Notes under the pieces: generated by a model
What the model was told of the DNA's origin: nothing
Databases searched by the model: none
What the model saw: only the letters and a program-made list of their open reading frames with translations
Made by a program: the position numbers and the translations under genes
Assembly: GCA_947589005.1 (NCBI GenBank)
Contig: CANPZO010000012.1
Coordinates: 5,980-69,979 of the forward strand
Reading direction: 5' to 3'
Length of the DNA stretch: 64,000 nt
Source: an uncultured Clostridia bacterium
GTDB lineage: Bacteria; Bacillota; Clostridia; UMGS1883
Shown: positions 18,308 to 27,338 of the stretch, piece by piece
How the letters are laid out: the number at the start of each line of letters is the position of its first letter
Numbering within the stretch: the first letter of the stretch is position 1

Positions 18308-19105
18308 TCACGCCACCGAGTCGAAGCTGACAGGAAAATCAAAATAGGTGTCGGGATAGGGCTCGTTATCAAGGGTAAAGTGCCACCACTCGGTATCGAG
18401 CGGGACAAAGCCGCCCTCTATCATCGCGTCCCTCAGCAGCTGCCGGTTGGCAAGCTGTTCCTCGGTCAGGCCGTCGGTAAAATCCGGATGAGAAAGAAGG
18501 CCGAAATAATCGAAGCCGCCGCCCATGTCCAAATCGCGCCCGGTCTTCATGTCAAGCAGCGTCAGATCAACCGTGCTGCCCCTGCTGTGGCCGGACTTTT
18601 CGGCGATATAGCCCTGGGGTATGAGGACGGTCTTTTCCAGCTCCGGATAAAAATATTCCTTCATCTTAGTATCGTTCGGGTCCCCGGCCCAGCGTTCAAA
18701 GTGATCGACCGCCGTCTGGGGCCGGTAGGCGTCGTATATTTTCAGCCTGTAGCCCTTTTCGGCAAGGCTGTCGCTTACGCCCCGCAGGGCCTCGGCGGCC
18801 TCCCGCGTCAGCAGGGCGCAGGGCTGCTCATAGCCGTCCACCCGCTCGCCCACAAAGTTGAAAGTGGAATAGTATCTTATTTCAAGCACCGCGTCGGGCA
18901 CCGCATCGGTCAAAGACACAAAGCCGGCCTCCGTGCCCTCCGCCGGCGCCGTGGCCGAAGAGGTTTTTACCGCGCCGGCGCCGGATTGAGGGGCGGCGCT
19001 CTGCTGAGCCAGAGTGACGTCCTTTCCGCAGCCGGCAAAACACAGCGCCAACGCGAGGATAAGCGCCGCCGTCCGGCGGCCTTTGTACAGTACTGACTTA
19101 AACAT
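18308..19105 (-). CDS. D-alanyl-D-alanine dipeptidase (VanX/DdpX family, M15D) lipoprotein
   Basis: Lipobox LALALCFAGCGKD. VanX signatures SGHSRGSTVDLTL and EWWHF. Start at MFKSV (RBS AAAGGAGG). Confidence 0.85.
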   Translation of the reverse strand: MFKSVLYKGRRTAALILALALCFAGCGKDVTLAQQSAAPQSGAGAVKTSSATAPAEGTEAGFVSLTDAVPDAVLEIRYYSTFNFVGERVDGYEQPCALLTREAAEALRGVSDSLAEKGYRLKIYDAYRPQTAVDHFERWAGDPNDTKMKEYFYPELEKTVLIPQGYIAEKSGHSRGSTVDLTLLDMKTGRDLDMGGGFDYFGLLSHPDFTDGLTEEQLANRQLLRDAMIEGGFVPLDTEWWHFTLDNEPYPDTYFDFPVSFDSVA

Positions 19106-19176
19106 AGGTTTTCCTCCTTTAGAAATGTTCCGGCCGCTTGTCAAAATGGGGGACCGCTCCGGTCCCCCGACGAAAT

Positions 19177-20202
19177 TTATCTCTGCACTCTGCCGCTGCC
19201 GTCGCCCTTCATCAGGTTTTTGACCTCATCAAGAGTGACAAGGTTGAAATCGCCCTCGATGGAGTGCTTGAGGCAGGAGGCCGCCACCGCGAACTCGATG
19301 GTGTCCTGCATTGAATAGCCGTTCAGCAGGCCGTATATAAGGCCGCCGCCGAAGCTGTCGCCGCCGCCCACGCGGTCAACGATGGTGATGCTATATTTTT
19401 TGGACTTGTAATAATTTTCGCCGTCATAAAGCAGGGCCGCCCAGTTGTTCTCACTGGCGCTGATAGACTCGCGCAGGGTTATGGCCACCTTTTTGAAGCC
19501 GAAGCGTTCCACCAGCTTGGCGGCCACCTGACGGTAGCCCTCGTCGCTGAGCTCGCCGCCGGTAATGTCGGTGTTGTCCGCGGCTATGCCGAAAACCTTT
19601 TCCGCGTCCTCCTCGTTGGCGATGCAGACGTCAACGTATTCCATAAGACAGCCCATCACCCGTCCGGCCTCCTCGCTGGTCCAGAGCTTTTTGCGGAAGT
19701 TGAGGTCGCAGGAAACCTGAACGCCGCGAGCCTTGGCGGCCTTGAGGGCGGCAAGGGTTATTTCGGCACAGGCGGGGCTGATGGCGGGGGTTATGCCGGT
19801 AAAGTGGAACCAGTCCGCCCCGTCGAATATGGCGTCCCAGTCAAAGTCGTTCATTGAAGCCTCGGAAATCGCCGAGTGAGCCCTGTCATAGACCACGTTG
19901 GAGGCGCGCTGCGCGGCGCCCTTTTCCACATAGTAAATGCCAAGGCGCTCACCGCCGCGGGCGATATAATCCGTCCCCACGCCGTGCATCCGAAGAGAGG
20001 CCAGGCAAGCCTCGCCAATGGGATTTTTGGGGAGCCTTGTCACAAACTGCGTGTCCATGCCGTAGTTGGCCAGAGACACGGCCACGTTAGCCTCGCCGCC
20101 GCCATAGGTGGCCTCGAGGCTTTGAGCCTGAATAAATCGCTGGTGGCCGGGGGTCTGGAGGCGAAGCATTATCTCGCCGAAAGTTACGATTTTTTTAGCC
20201 AT
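19177..20202 (-). CDS. kdgK: 2-dehydro-3-deoxygluconokinase (PfkB family sugar kinase)
   Basis: PfkB motifs (GGGEANVAVSLANYG near N-terminus, DRVGGGDSFGGGLIYGL near C-terminus). Start at MAKKIV. Confidence 0.75.
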   Translation of the reverse strand: MAKKIVTFGEIMLRLQTPGHQRFIQAQSLEATYGGGEANVAVSLANYGMDTQFVTRLPKNPIGEACLASLRMHGVGTDYIARGGERLGIYYVEKGAAQRASNVVYDRAHSAISEASMNDFDWDAIFDGADWFHFTGITPAISPACAEITLAALKAAKARGVQVSCDLNFRKKLWTSEEAGRVMGCLMEYVDVCIANEEDAEKVFGIAADNTDITGGELSDEGYRQVAAKLVERFGFKKVAITLRESISASENNWAALLYDGENYYKSKKYSITIVDRVGGGDSFGGGLIYGLLNGYSMQDTIEFAVAASCLKHSIEGDFNLVTLDEVKNLMKGDGSGRVQR

Positions 20203-20254
20203 CGGTATCAAGTCCTTTCAATTTATGCCGTTCTTATGCCGTCCGTCCCGCCGC

Positions 20255-20893
20255 TTAAAGCCCAAGCTCCTCCGCGATTATGACGACGGTGTAGCGGCCG
20301 GGGTGTTTGCGGCCGTTATGTATAATACTGGTAGCGTTGCAGACGCTTTCGGGGTGGTCGCAGTTGACGCAGTAGCCCGTCTCCACGCAGGGACAGTGAT
20401 GGCCGATGCGCTTGGCGTTCTGGGGGGCCACCTTTTTGATGCGGTCAAAGGCCGCCGGCAGGTCGTCCACCAGCTTGTTGGCGCCAACGGCGATAATTAC
20501 CCTTTCGGGGCCGAGGATGATACCGGCGGCGCGGTTGCCGCTGGAGTCGGTGTTCACTATCTCGCCGTTCCTCGTAATCGCGCTGGAGCCCGTAACCAGG
20601 AAGTCCGCCAGGAAGGACTGCCGGTAAACCTGGTAGGTCTCGGCGTAGCCGCTGGTCTTGAACCTTTCGAAGAATTTGTACTTGTCCGTGCGGAATATGT
20701 CCACAAGCCCCATGGCGTCGAGGGTCATGCTGCCGCCGACGGCCACGGACGAGCCCTCGGGGATAAGGTCAAGTATTATCTTTTTGGCCTCCTCGGTGTC
20801 CTCGGCGTAGCGGGCGTCGTAGCCCTTTTTATTGAAGATGTCCACGGCCTCCCGGGCCATGCACTGCCAATACCACTTTTTCACCCAATGCAT
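20255..20893 (-). CDS. LUD-domain protein (YkgG/LutC-like)
   Basis: 212 aa with C-terminal HHCPCVETGYCVNCDHPE cysteine cluster and the general LUD fold pattern. AAGGAGG RBS. Confidence 0.6.
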   Translation of the reverse strand: MHWVKKWYWQCMAREAVDIFNKKGYDARYAEDTEEAKKIILDLIPEGSSVAVGGSMTLDAMGLVDIFRTDKYKFFERFKTSGYAETYQVYRQSFLADFLVTGSSAITRNGEIVNTDSSGNRAAGIILGPERVIIAVGANKLVDDLPAAFDRIKKVAPQNAKRIGHHCPCVETGYCVNCDHPESVCNATSIIHNGRKHPGRYTVVIIAEELGL

Positions 20894-20942
20894 TTTTCAT
20901 CCTCCTTTTTTTATCTGTATTTACCGCTTTATAAGCCTGTGC

Positions 20943-21743
20943 TTACGGCTGTTTCCCGATATAGGCCAGGATGCCGCCGTCAACGTAAAGGATATGGCCG
21001 TTTACGAAGTTGGACGCGTCGGAGGCCAGGAACACCGCCGGGCCCATAAGGTCCTCGGGAGTCCCCCAGCGGGCCTGAGGCGTCTTGGAAACTATGAACT
21101 GGTCAAAGGGGTGGCGGCTGCCGTCAGGCTGACGCTCACGCAGGGGCGCGGTCTGAGGGGTGGCGATGTAGCCGGGGCCGATGCCGTTGCACTGGATATT
21201 GTGCTCGCCGTACTCGGAGCAGATGTTACGGGTGAGCATCTTAAGTCCGCCCTTGGCGGCGGCATAGGCGGAAACCGTCTCCCGTCCCAGCTCACTCATC
21301 ATGGAGCAGATGTTGACGATTTTGCCGTGGCCCTTCTTTATCATGGATGGTATAACGGCCTTGGCCACGATGAAGGGGGCGTTCAGGTCAACGTCGATGA
21401 CCTGGCGGAACTCCTCGGCGGTCATGTCCAGCATGGGTATGCGCTTGATGATGCCGGCGTTGTTCACAAGTATGTCTACAACCCCGACCTCTTCCTCGAT
21501 TTTCTTCACCATGTCCTGAACCATGTCCTCCTTGGTAACGTCGCAGACATAGCCCTTGGCGTCGATGCCGTCGGCCTCATACGAGGCGAGGCCCTTGTCC
21601 ACAAATTCCTGCTTGATGTCGCAGAACACGATTTTTGCGCCGGCGCTGGCGTAAGCCTTGGCTATGGCGTAGCCGATGCCGTAGGATGCGCCGGTCACGA
21701 GGGCGACCTTGCCCTCGAGGCTGAAGTCCTTCAGAATATCCAT
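20943..21743 (-). CDS. SDR-family oxidoreductase, KduD / gluconate 5-dehydrogenase-like
   Basis: TGASYGIGYAIA glycine-rich NAD(P) site, NNAG, and catalytic YAAAK. Adjacent to kdgK. Confidence 0.8.
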   Translation of the reverse strand: MDILKDFSLEGKVALVTGASYGIGYAIAKAYASAGAKIVFCDIKQEFVDKGLASYEADGIDAKGYVCDVTKEDMVQDMVKKIEEEVGVVDILVNNAGIIKRIPMLDMTAEEFRQVIDVDLNAPFIVAKAVIPSMIKKGHGKIVNICSMMSELGRETVSAYAAAKGGLKMLTRNICSEYGEHNIQCNGIGPGYIATPQTAPLRERQPDGSRHPFDQFIVSKTPQARWGTPEDLMGPAVFLASDASNFVNGHILYVDGGILAYIGKQP

Positions 21744-21830
21744 TTTTACACAACTCCTTTTTTAGTTTTTATGTTTAAGTTAATTATATCATTAATTTCC
21801 AAGTTTTGCAAGAGAAAGTTTAAATAATTA

Positions 21831-22355
21831 CTACAGACACATATCCACCTGCTTGCTAAGCTCGTACACAAACTTTCGCACCTGCGGATTTTTCATGATA
21901 AGGCGGGTCACCTTTTCCACCGCCGCGACGAACTCCGGGTCGAGCTCGTCAACGGAAAGGGTCCGCGCCAAGGGGCAGATGCCGCGGCCGCGGGGGTCCA
22001 TTATGACCCGGGGCTCCTCCCCCTCCTTGCAGTAGGGCAGCAGAGGGAAAATGCGGCAGGCCAGAGGGCGGCGATGACGTTCGCAGCTGCCGTCGCAGGT
22101 GAAAAGGTCGGCGTATCTGCCGTAATCATATTCAAAGTCCGTATCGTAAAGGCTGGCGTAGGAGGGCAGGTCGCGGAACATGACGTTTTCCTCGGGGAAG
22201 AGGTACATACCGGTGATGTCCTCCTCCACCTTGCAGCAGGCTTTGCCGCAGAGCCTTCCGCAGTCGGCCTTAATGGGGGTGACGCTTTCGAGAATGGCGT
22301 AGGCCCGCTCGTAAAGAGCCTGGTACGATAGGGGTATTTTAACAGTTTTCCTCAT
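21831..22355 (-). CDS. Cysteine-rich protein, YkgJ/UPF0153-like putative Fe-S or zinc-chelating domain
   Basis: [10 protein letters not shown] (Cx3Cx3CC) plus four further Cys (CDGSC, CRIF, CKEG, CPLA). GGAGGT RBS. Overlaps metA end by 17 nt. Confidence 0.5.
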   Translation of the reverse strand: MRKTVKIPLSYQALYERAYAILESVTPIKADCGRLCGKACCKVEEDITGMYLFPEENVMFRDLPSYASLYDTDFEYDYGRYADLFTCDGSCERHRRPLACRIFPLLPYCKEGEEPRVIMDPRGRGICPLARTLSVDELDPEFVAAVEKVTRLIMKNPQVRKFVYELSKQVDMCL

Positions 22356-23283
22356 TTGTGACCTCCGTCCCCACCTTCTCGAGAGAATATGGCGTAGTCT
22401 GATATACGAAGTAGTTCAGCCAGTTGGTAAAGAGCAGGTGATTGTGGCTTCGCCAGGTTACCGCCGGCTTTTTGGAGGGGTCGTCATCGGGGTAATAGTT
22501 CACCGGCACCTCCGGCTTAAGCCCCTTTTCCAAATCGCGCCGGTATTCCTTGTCAAGGGTGTCAAACTCGTACTCGCTGTGGCCGGTGACAAAGACCTGG
22601 CGGTTGTCGGCGGACTTTACTATGTACACTCCGGCCTCGTCGCTTTCGGCCACTATCTCCAGCCCGGGCACCTTTTCGATGTCCTCCCTGCGGACCTGAG
22701 TGTGACGGGAATGAGGCGCCAGAAAATACTCGTCGAAGCCCCTCGTCAGGCGGCTGTGCATATTCAGCGTCCTGTGGCGGTAAATGCCGGAAAGCTTTTT
22801 TGGCAGGGGATATTTTTCGATGCCGTAATGGTAATACAGCGCCGCCTGAGCGGCCCAGCAGATGTGCAGGGTGCTGGTGGCGTGGCTCTTTGTCCACTCC
22901 ATTATCCGCTTCATCTCGTCCCAGTAGTCCACCTCCTCGTAGGGCAAAAGCTCCACCGGGGCGCCGGTGATTATCACTCCGTCGTAGCGGCCGTCCTTTA
23001 TTTCATCAAAGGACTTGTAAAACGCCTCCAAATGCTCGGGGGGAGTGTGGCGGGATTCGTGCGTATCCATATTTATGAATTCGGGGTCTATCTGAAGCGG
23101 CGTATTGCTCAAAGCCCGAAGAATTTGGGTTTCGGTGGCTATCTTCGTGGGCATTATGTTGACTATCAGTACCTTCAGCGGGCGTATATCCTGACTGAGG
23201 GCGCGCTTTTCGGTCATGACGAAAATATTTTCTCCGTCCAGTATTTTTGTGGCCGGCAGATCGTTGGGCACTTTGATAGGCAT
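22339..23283 (-). CDS. metA: Homoserine O-acyltransferase MetA
   Basis: [34 protein letters not shown] (catalytic Cys) and HSRHT motifs. ATG start with AAGGAG at spacing 8 preferred over the upstream GTG. Confidence 0.9.
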   Translation of the reverse strand: MPIKVPNDLPATKILDGENIFVMTEKRALSQDIRPLKVLIVNIMPTKIATETQILRALSNTPLQIDPEFINMDTHESRHTPPEHLEAFYKSFDEIKDGRYDGVIITGAPVELLPYEEVDYWDEMKRIMEWTKSHATSTLHICWAAQAALYYHYGIEKYPLPKKLSGIYRHRTLNMHSRLTRGFDEYFLAPHSRHTQVRREDIEKVPGLEIVAESDEAGVYIVKSADNRQVFVTGHSEYEFDTLDKEYRRDLEKGLKPEVPVNYYPDDDPSKKPAVTWRSHNHLLFTNWLNYFVYQTTPYSLEKVGTEVTNEENC

Positions 23284-23339
23284 GGGTATCACTCCTTATT
23301 GTATTGATTATAGCACTTTTTTGCCGGCATTACAAGCCC

Positions 23340-23368
23340 TTGACAGATTAAATTTTTAATGGTAATAT
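23340..23368 (+). promoter_or_regulatory. Putative promoter TTGACA-17-TAATAT for the 23392 gene
   Basis: cccTTGACAgattaaatttttaatggTAATATttt. Confidence 0.45.
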
Positions 23369-23391
23369 TTTAAATAAGAGGAGTGATAAAA

Positions 23392-24996
23392 ATGAAGCCT
23401 TTATTCCTGCTTAAAACCATAAGCGGCCTTTCTCTGCGGGATGCGGACGAAATCGCCGAGGCCGCCGCCCGTATGGGCTTCGGCGGACTGGTGCTGCCCC
23501 GGGACGGGGACTGGGAATTGGTCAGGGGCTTTTGCCGCGGCGCCGGAAGGTACGGTATCGGCGTCTGGATAAGAGACGACGCGGACCGGCCCAGCGGCAG
23601 CTTTGGCGGCGAGGTGACCTCAGTGCCCGGCTACCGGTCGGAGCGGCCGGAGTTCTGGGGCTGCGGCCTGTACAATCCGGCGGCGGCGGAAGCCTTTTTG
23701 GACTGCTCCTACACGGAGCTGCGCCGGGAGCTGAAGGGTTTTCTCGGATACGAGCTTAAGGGCGTGGTGACCTCCGTCGGCGGCCCTCTGCCGGAGAGAC
23801 CGGCGGACTTTGCCGAGGTTCAGCTTCGGCCACTGTGGGAGTTCTGCCGCCGGCTGGGGCTTGAGCTGGCCGCCGAAACGGGGACGGCGCTGCCCGAGGC
23901 CGAAAAATACATCGGCCCGGCGCTGGTTTTTACCGACCTTGACGGCCTGACAATGGCCGAACGCCGGAAGGTCCTGTACGGGCTGCTGGCCGGCGGAGCG
24001 CGGCGGCTCGGCTGGGACACGGTGCGCTACCCCGATTTTATGGAGGAACGCTGGTGCGCCGAGGTGGAGGCCCTTTTGGAGCTGACCGAAGGCGCCGTCG
24101 GGCCGGTGGCGGCGGAGCTGCCGCAAGGCGTCGCGGCAAAAAAATTCGGCGAAAACATACTTATATATAACACCTCCGCCGGTCCGGTATCTTTACGTCC
24201 GGACATGGAGGCCCTGGGCGCCGGGTACATAGCCGATTTGGAGGGCGGCGTTTATCTGCCTCCGGAGGCCGGACGGGACGTGACCCTCTGCGAGGGCGGC
24301 TGTCTTATACTCCTGCCAGGCCGGGAAAGGGAGGCGGACTCCCTGCCGGCGGTGCTGGGCTGCGGCGCGATATTCGGCGAGGCCGTGACCGAGGCGGAGC
24401 TTGTGCCCGAGCTGTCCGGCATGGACGAAAACAGGCTGCCCCTTGAGCCGGAAAACGGCCGCGCGGAATTTGAGGTCCGCGGCTTGGGCAAGGACGCCGC
24501 CCTGCGGCTGGAGGCGGAAAACGCCTCTTATATAACCCTTAACGGCCTTGAGCTGAGCGGCTCCAATATCGGCGGCGGCCCCGTCGTAGTCGGGGCAAAG
24601 GAGCTGCGGCAAGGGAGGAACACCCTTGAGACCGACGGCGGCGAGACGGTGCTGTACGGCGGCTTTTCCGTGGAGGGGAACGCCATTGTCTCCCCTGTCA
24701 GGCCCGGCCCCGGCAACGTGCGCCGTCAGGGAATGGCCCGGTACGACGGGCCGCTGATATACCGGGCAATCCTGCCCGAGGACTGCGGCGGAAAGTATCT
24801 CATTCCGGAGGGGAGCTTCGGCTGCGCCCTTGTGAAGATAGGCCGCCGCAGGCTGAGGTTGTCCGCGCCGCCCTTCGCCGCGCCCCTTTTCTCCTCCGAC
24901 GGAGGAAAGACCGCGGAGGTGGCCGTTTTTCCGCCCGGCGACCGAGCGGACGTTCCCTTCGGCATAAGCACAATAAGCATTGTCAATATAGAATGA
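23392..24996 (+). CDS. Hypothetical protein (534 aa), no signal peptide
   Basis: Long ORF with good RBS (AGAGGAG) and coherent GC3 codon bias. N-terminal half has alternating beta/alpha-like pattern (GFGGLVLPRDGDW...GIGVWIRDDADRP), possibly a TIM-barrel hydrolase-like fold. No motif I can name. Confidence 0.55.
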   Translation: MKPLFLLKTISGLSLRDADEIAEAAARMGFGGLVLPRDGDWELVRGFCRGAGRYGIGVWIRDDADRPSGSFGGEVTSVPGYRSERPEFWGCGLYNPAAAEAFLDCSYTELRRELKGFLGYELKGVVTSVGGPLPERPADFAEVQLRPLWEFCRRLGLELAAETGTALPEAEKYIGPALVFTDLDGLTMAERRKVLYGLLAGGARRLGWDTVRYPDFMEERWCAEVEALLELTEGAVGPVAAELPQGVAAKKFGENILIYNTSAGPVSLRPDMEALGAGYIADLEGGVYLPPEAGRDVTLCEGGCLILLPGREREADSLPAVLGCGAIFGEAVTEAELVPELSGMDENRLPLEPENGRAEFEVRGLGKDAALRLEAENASYITLNGLELSGSNIGGGPVVVGAKELRQGRNTLETDGGETVLYGGFSVEGNAIVSPVRPGPGNVRRQGMARYDGPLIYRAILPEDCGGKYLIPEGSFGCALVKIGRRRLRLSAPPFAAPLFSSDGGKTAEVAVFPPGDRADVPFGISTISIVNIE

Positions 24997-25040
24997 AAAT
25001 ACCGCACGGAGCTTTTGTAGGTCTCCGTGCGGTATCGCTT

Positions 25041-27158
25041 TTAATCCGCGGTATATTCAAGCTCGGGCCAGCCCAGGTGCAGGCTCCCGTAGTCCTCGAG
25101 GGTTCCGTTGCCGCTGTAGTTATTCACATAGACCTCCTGCTGGCCGTCGTAGAGCTTTACGGCGTGGGGGCCGTCAGACAGCTCAAGCGCGAGGACGCCG
25201 TCGGTCACATTTCCGGTTACGCGGTCCTTGCCGTCGACAATGGCGGTGAGTGCGGCGGGCACGCCGTCGCCCTTTATGGCGACGCGGGCGGTGTATGTTC
25301 TGCTTTCATCGTTGTTTACGGTCTTGATACGGCCCTCGGTCACGGGCAGCTCAAGGGGCCTTGTACCGCCGTCCGTCATGTCGTCGATGTAGGCCAGCAC
25401 GGTCTCGGTGAGGCCGCTGCCCTCGGCCACGGCGGGGCAGTCCGCAAACGCGGCGTTGCCAATAACATAGTCGTTGGAAACAAGGATTATACCGGTCGAG
25501 GCGTCGCCGCGGTCAAGAACGGTGCCGTCGGCGAGGGTGACGGATACCAGCTTTGCGCCGGTCTCGGCGTTGGGGTCGTAAACGAAGCTCATGCCGCCGA
25601 TTTGGGGGAAGGAGCCCGAATAGGAAGCCGTCAGGAAGCCACTCTCCTTATCCTGCGCCGTAACGGAGGAGACAAAGCTCTCCAGGGCCGTATACAGCAC
25701 CGCGGGAGTTATTTCCTTTGTCATTACGGCGTTGGCGAAGGGCAGGCAGTTTATGACGCTGCCCAGGGTCATTTCGCCGTTGGGTATCGCGGTACGAAAT
25801 CCGCCGCCGTTCTCGATGGCCACTATGGGCAGGGCCTTTTTGCCGTCGGGCATAATGTCCTTGGCCTCGGCTATCATGGCGTCGCAGATCAGGTCGCCCA
25901 AATTGGTCTCGCCGGAGCGGGACTCGGATATCTTGCCGTTTACCGAGCCGCCCCAGAGGGTGTTGGCCGCGGTGCCGATGGGCTGCTTCAGCGTCTCGCT
26001 GAGTTCGCCGTTAAGCCCGTCGATGACCGAGGCGACCTCCGGGTCGGGAGTTATGTTTTCAAAAAACGCTCTGGAAAGCATGGTCTCGTCCACGGTAACG
26101 CTGCCGTCGTCGGCAACACTTATCTCCATATGTCCCACGTTGGCGCCGCCCGTGCCGGTCTGGGCAAGGGTGATGCCCGTGCCCTCGACCACCTCGTTGA
26201 CAACGGTGTGGCTGTGGCCGTCGATGATGGCGTCAAGCTCGGTGTCCTTCATGGCCAGGGCCAGCTCACGGCTTGTGCAGTCCGCGGCGTCGCCAAGCAC
26301 GCCCATGTGTACAAGGGCAACTATAACGTCGGCGCCCTCGGCGTCCAGCTTTTCCACCTGCGCCTTCGCGGTCTCTATCTCGTCCCTGAACTCTATGCCC
26401 TCAAGGTTTTCGGGTTTGGTGGAGGTTTCGGTGGCGCGGGTGGTGAGGGCGAAAATCCCGACCTTTACGCCGTTTTTCTCAATAACGACGTTTTCGCCGT
26501 TGTTGTCCCCGTCGCCGCAGAGCAAACCGCCGTTCAGGTACGTGTTGGCTGATATCATTGGGAAATCGGCCAGCTGGAGGAACTGACGCAGCTGTTCCTG
26601 CCCGTAGTCAAACTCGTGGTTGCCCAGGGCCATCACGTCATATCCGGCGGCGTTCATTATCTTGATTATATCCACTCCCTTAGACTGAGAGGCCAGGGCA
26701 ACGCCTTGAGTGGCGTCGCCGCCGTCGGCGAGGATGGCGTTTTCCATCTTTTTGAGGGCGGCCACACGGTCGCTGCCGATAACGGAGCTCGTATCCGCAA
26801 GGCTGCCGTGCATATCGTTGGTGTGGAGGATGACGACGGATTTGCCGTCCCCGTCAAGGTCGTAGGCAACGCTGTCCTCCACCGGCTCCAGCTCGGCCGT
26901 CCATGCGAAAACCCTTGCGGTTACGGCGCCAGCGGGGTCATAGAGGTTTACATAAACCTCCGTCTCGTCGGGGGACAATCCCTCTCCGACGCGCTTTACG
27001 CTCACAAGATTGCCGGCCTCGTCGTAATAAGCCGCCATACGCAGGGCCACGGTCTTTTCGGCCTCCCCCTCCGCGCCATAGGCCGGCATCGACGCCGGAA
27101 CAGCCGCGACAAGGGCGGCGGCCGCAAAGGCGGCAAAACGCTTGGTAAGTCTGTACAT
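25041..27158 (-). CDS. Secreted bifunctional metallophosphatase / 5'-nucleotidase
   Basis: Signal peptide; calcineurin-like motifs ILHTNDMHGS, GGDATQG, GNHEFD; C-terminal 5'-nucleotidase substrate-binding domain. Start at MYRL (GGAGAG RBS). Confidence 0.85.
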   Translation of the reverse strand: MYRLTKRFAAFAAAALVAAVPASMPAYGAEGEAEKTVALRMAAYYDEAGNLVSVKRVGEGLSPDETEVYVNLYDPAGAVTARVFAWTAELEPVEDSVAYDLDGDGKSVVILHTNDMHGSLADTSSVIGSDRVAALKKMENAILADGGDATQGVALASQSKGVDIIKIMNAAGYDVMALGNHEFDYGQEQLRQFLQLADFPMISANTYLNGGLLCGDGDNNGENVVIEKNGVKVGIFALTTRATETSTKPENLEGIEFRDEIETAKAQVEKLDAEGADVIVALVHMGVLGDAADCTSRELALAMKDTELDAIIDGHSHTVVNEVVEGTGITLAQTGTGGANVGHMEISVADDGSVTVDETMLSRAFFENITPDPEVASVIDGLNGELSETLKQPIGTAANTLWGGSVNGKISESRSGETNLGDLICDAMIAEAKDIMPDGKKALPIVAIENGGGFRTAIPNGEMTLGSVINCLPFANAVMTKEITPAVLYTALESFVSSVTAQDKESGFLTASYSGSFPQIGGMSFVYDPNAETGAKLVSVTLADGTVLDRGDASTGIILVSNDYVIGNAAFADCPAVAEGSGLTETVLAYIDDMTDGGTRPLELPVTEGRIKTVNNDESRTYTARVAIKGDGVPAALTAIVDGKDRVTGNVTDGVLALELSDGPHAVKLYDGQQEVYVNNYSGNGTLEDYGSLHLGWPELEYTAD

Positions 27159-27338
27159 TTTTATCTCTCCCATACAAAAATATTATTTGACCGTTGAAAA
27201 ATTTAAAATTTATATTCCTTTATATATATCTGATTTCCGCTGTCGTCCGTTCAAATGTTATTTTACCATAAATACGCGGCTTTGTCAAGCAAATTCGCCC
27301 TCCTCCGCGGGGAGGACAAACGAAATCATTTTTGCCTT

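Noticed and set aside
23284-23391. Possible SAM riboswitch upstream of metA
   Set aside because: Leader is under 60 nt before the divergent promoter; no SAM-I/S-box conserved helices seen.
27296-27338. Hairpin CCTCCTCCGCGGGGAGG downstream of the transglutaminase-LRR gene as its terminator
   Set aside because: Stem present but no adequate T-run on the minus strand; left uncalled.
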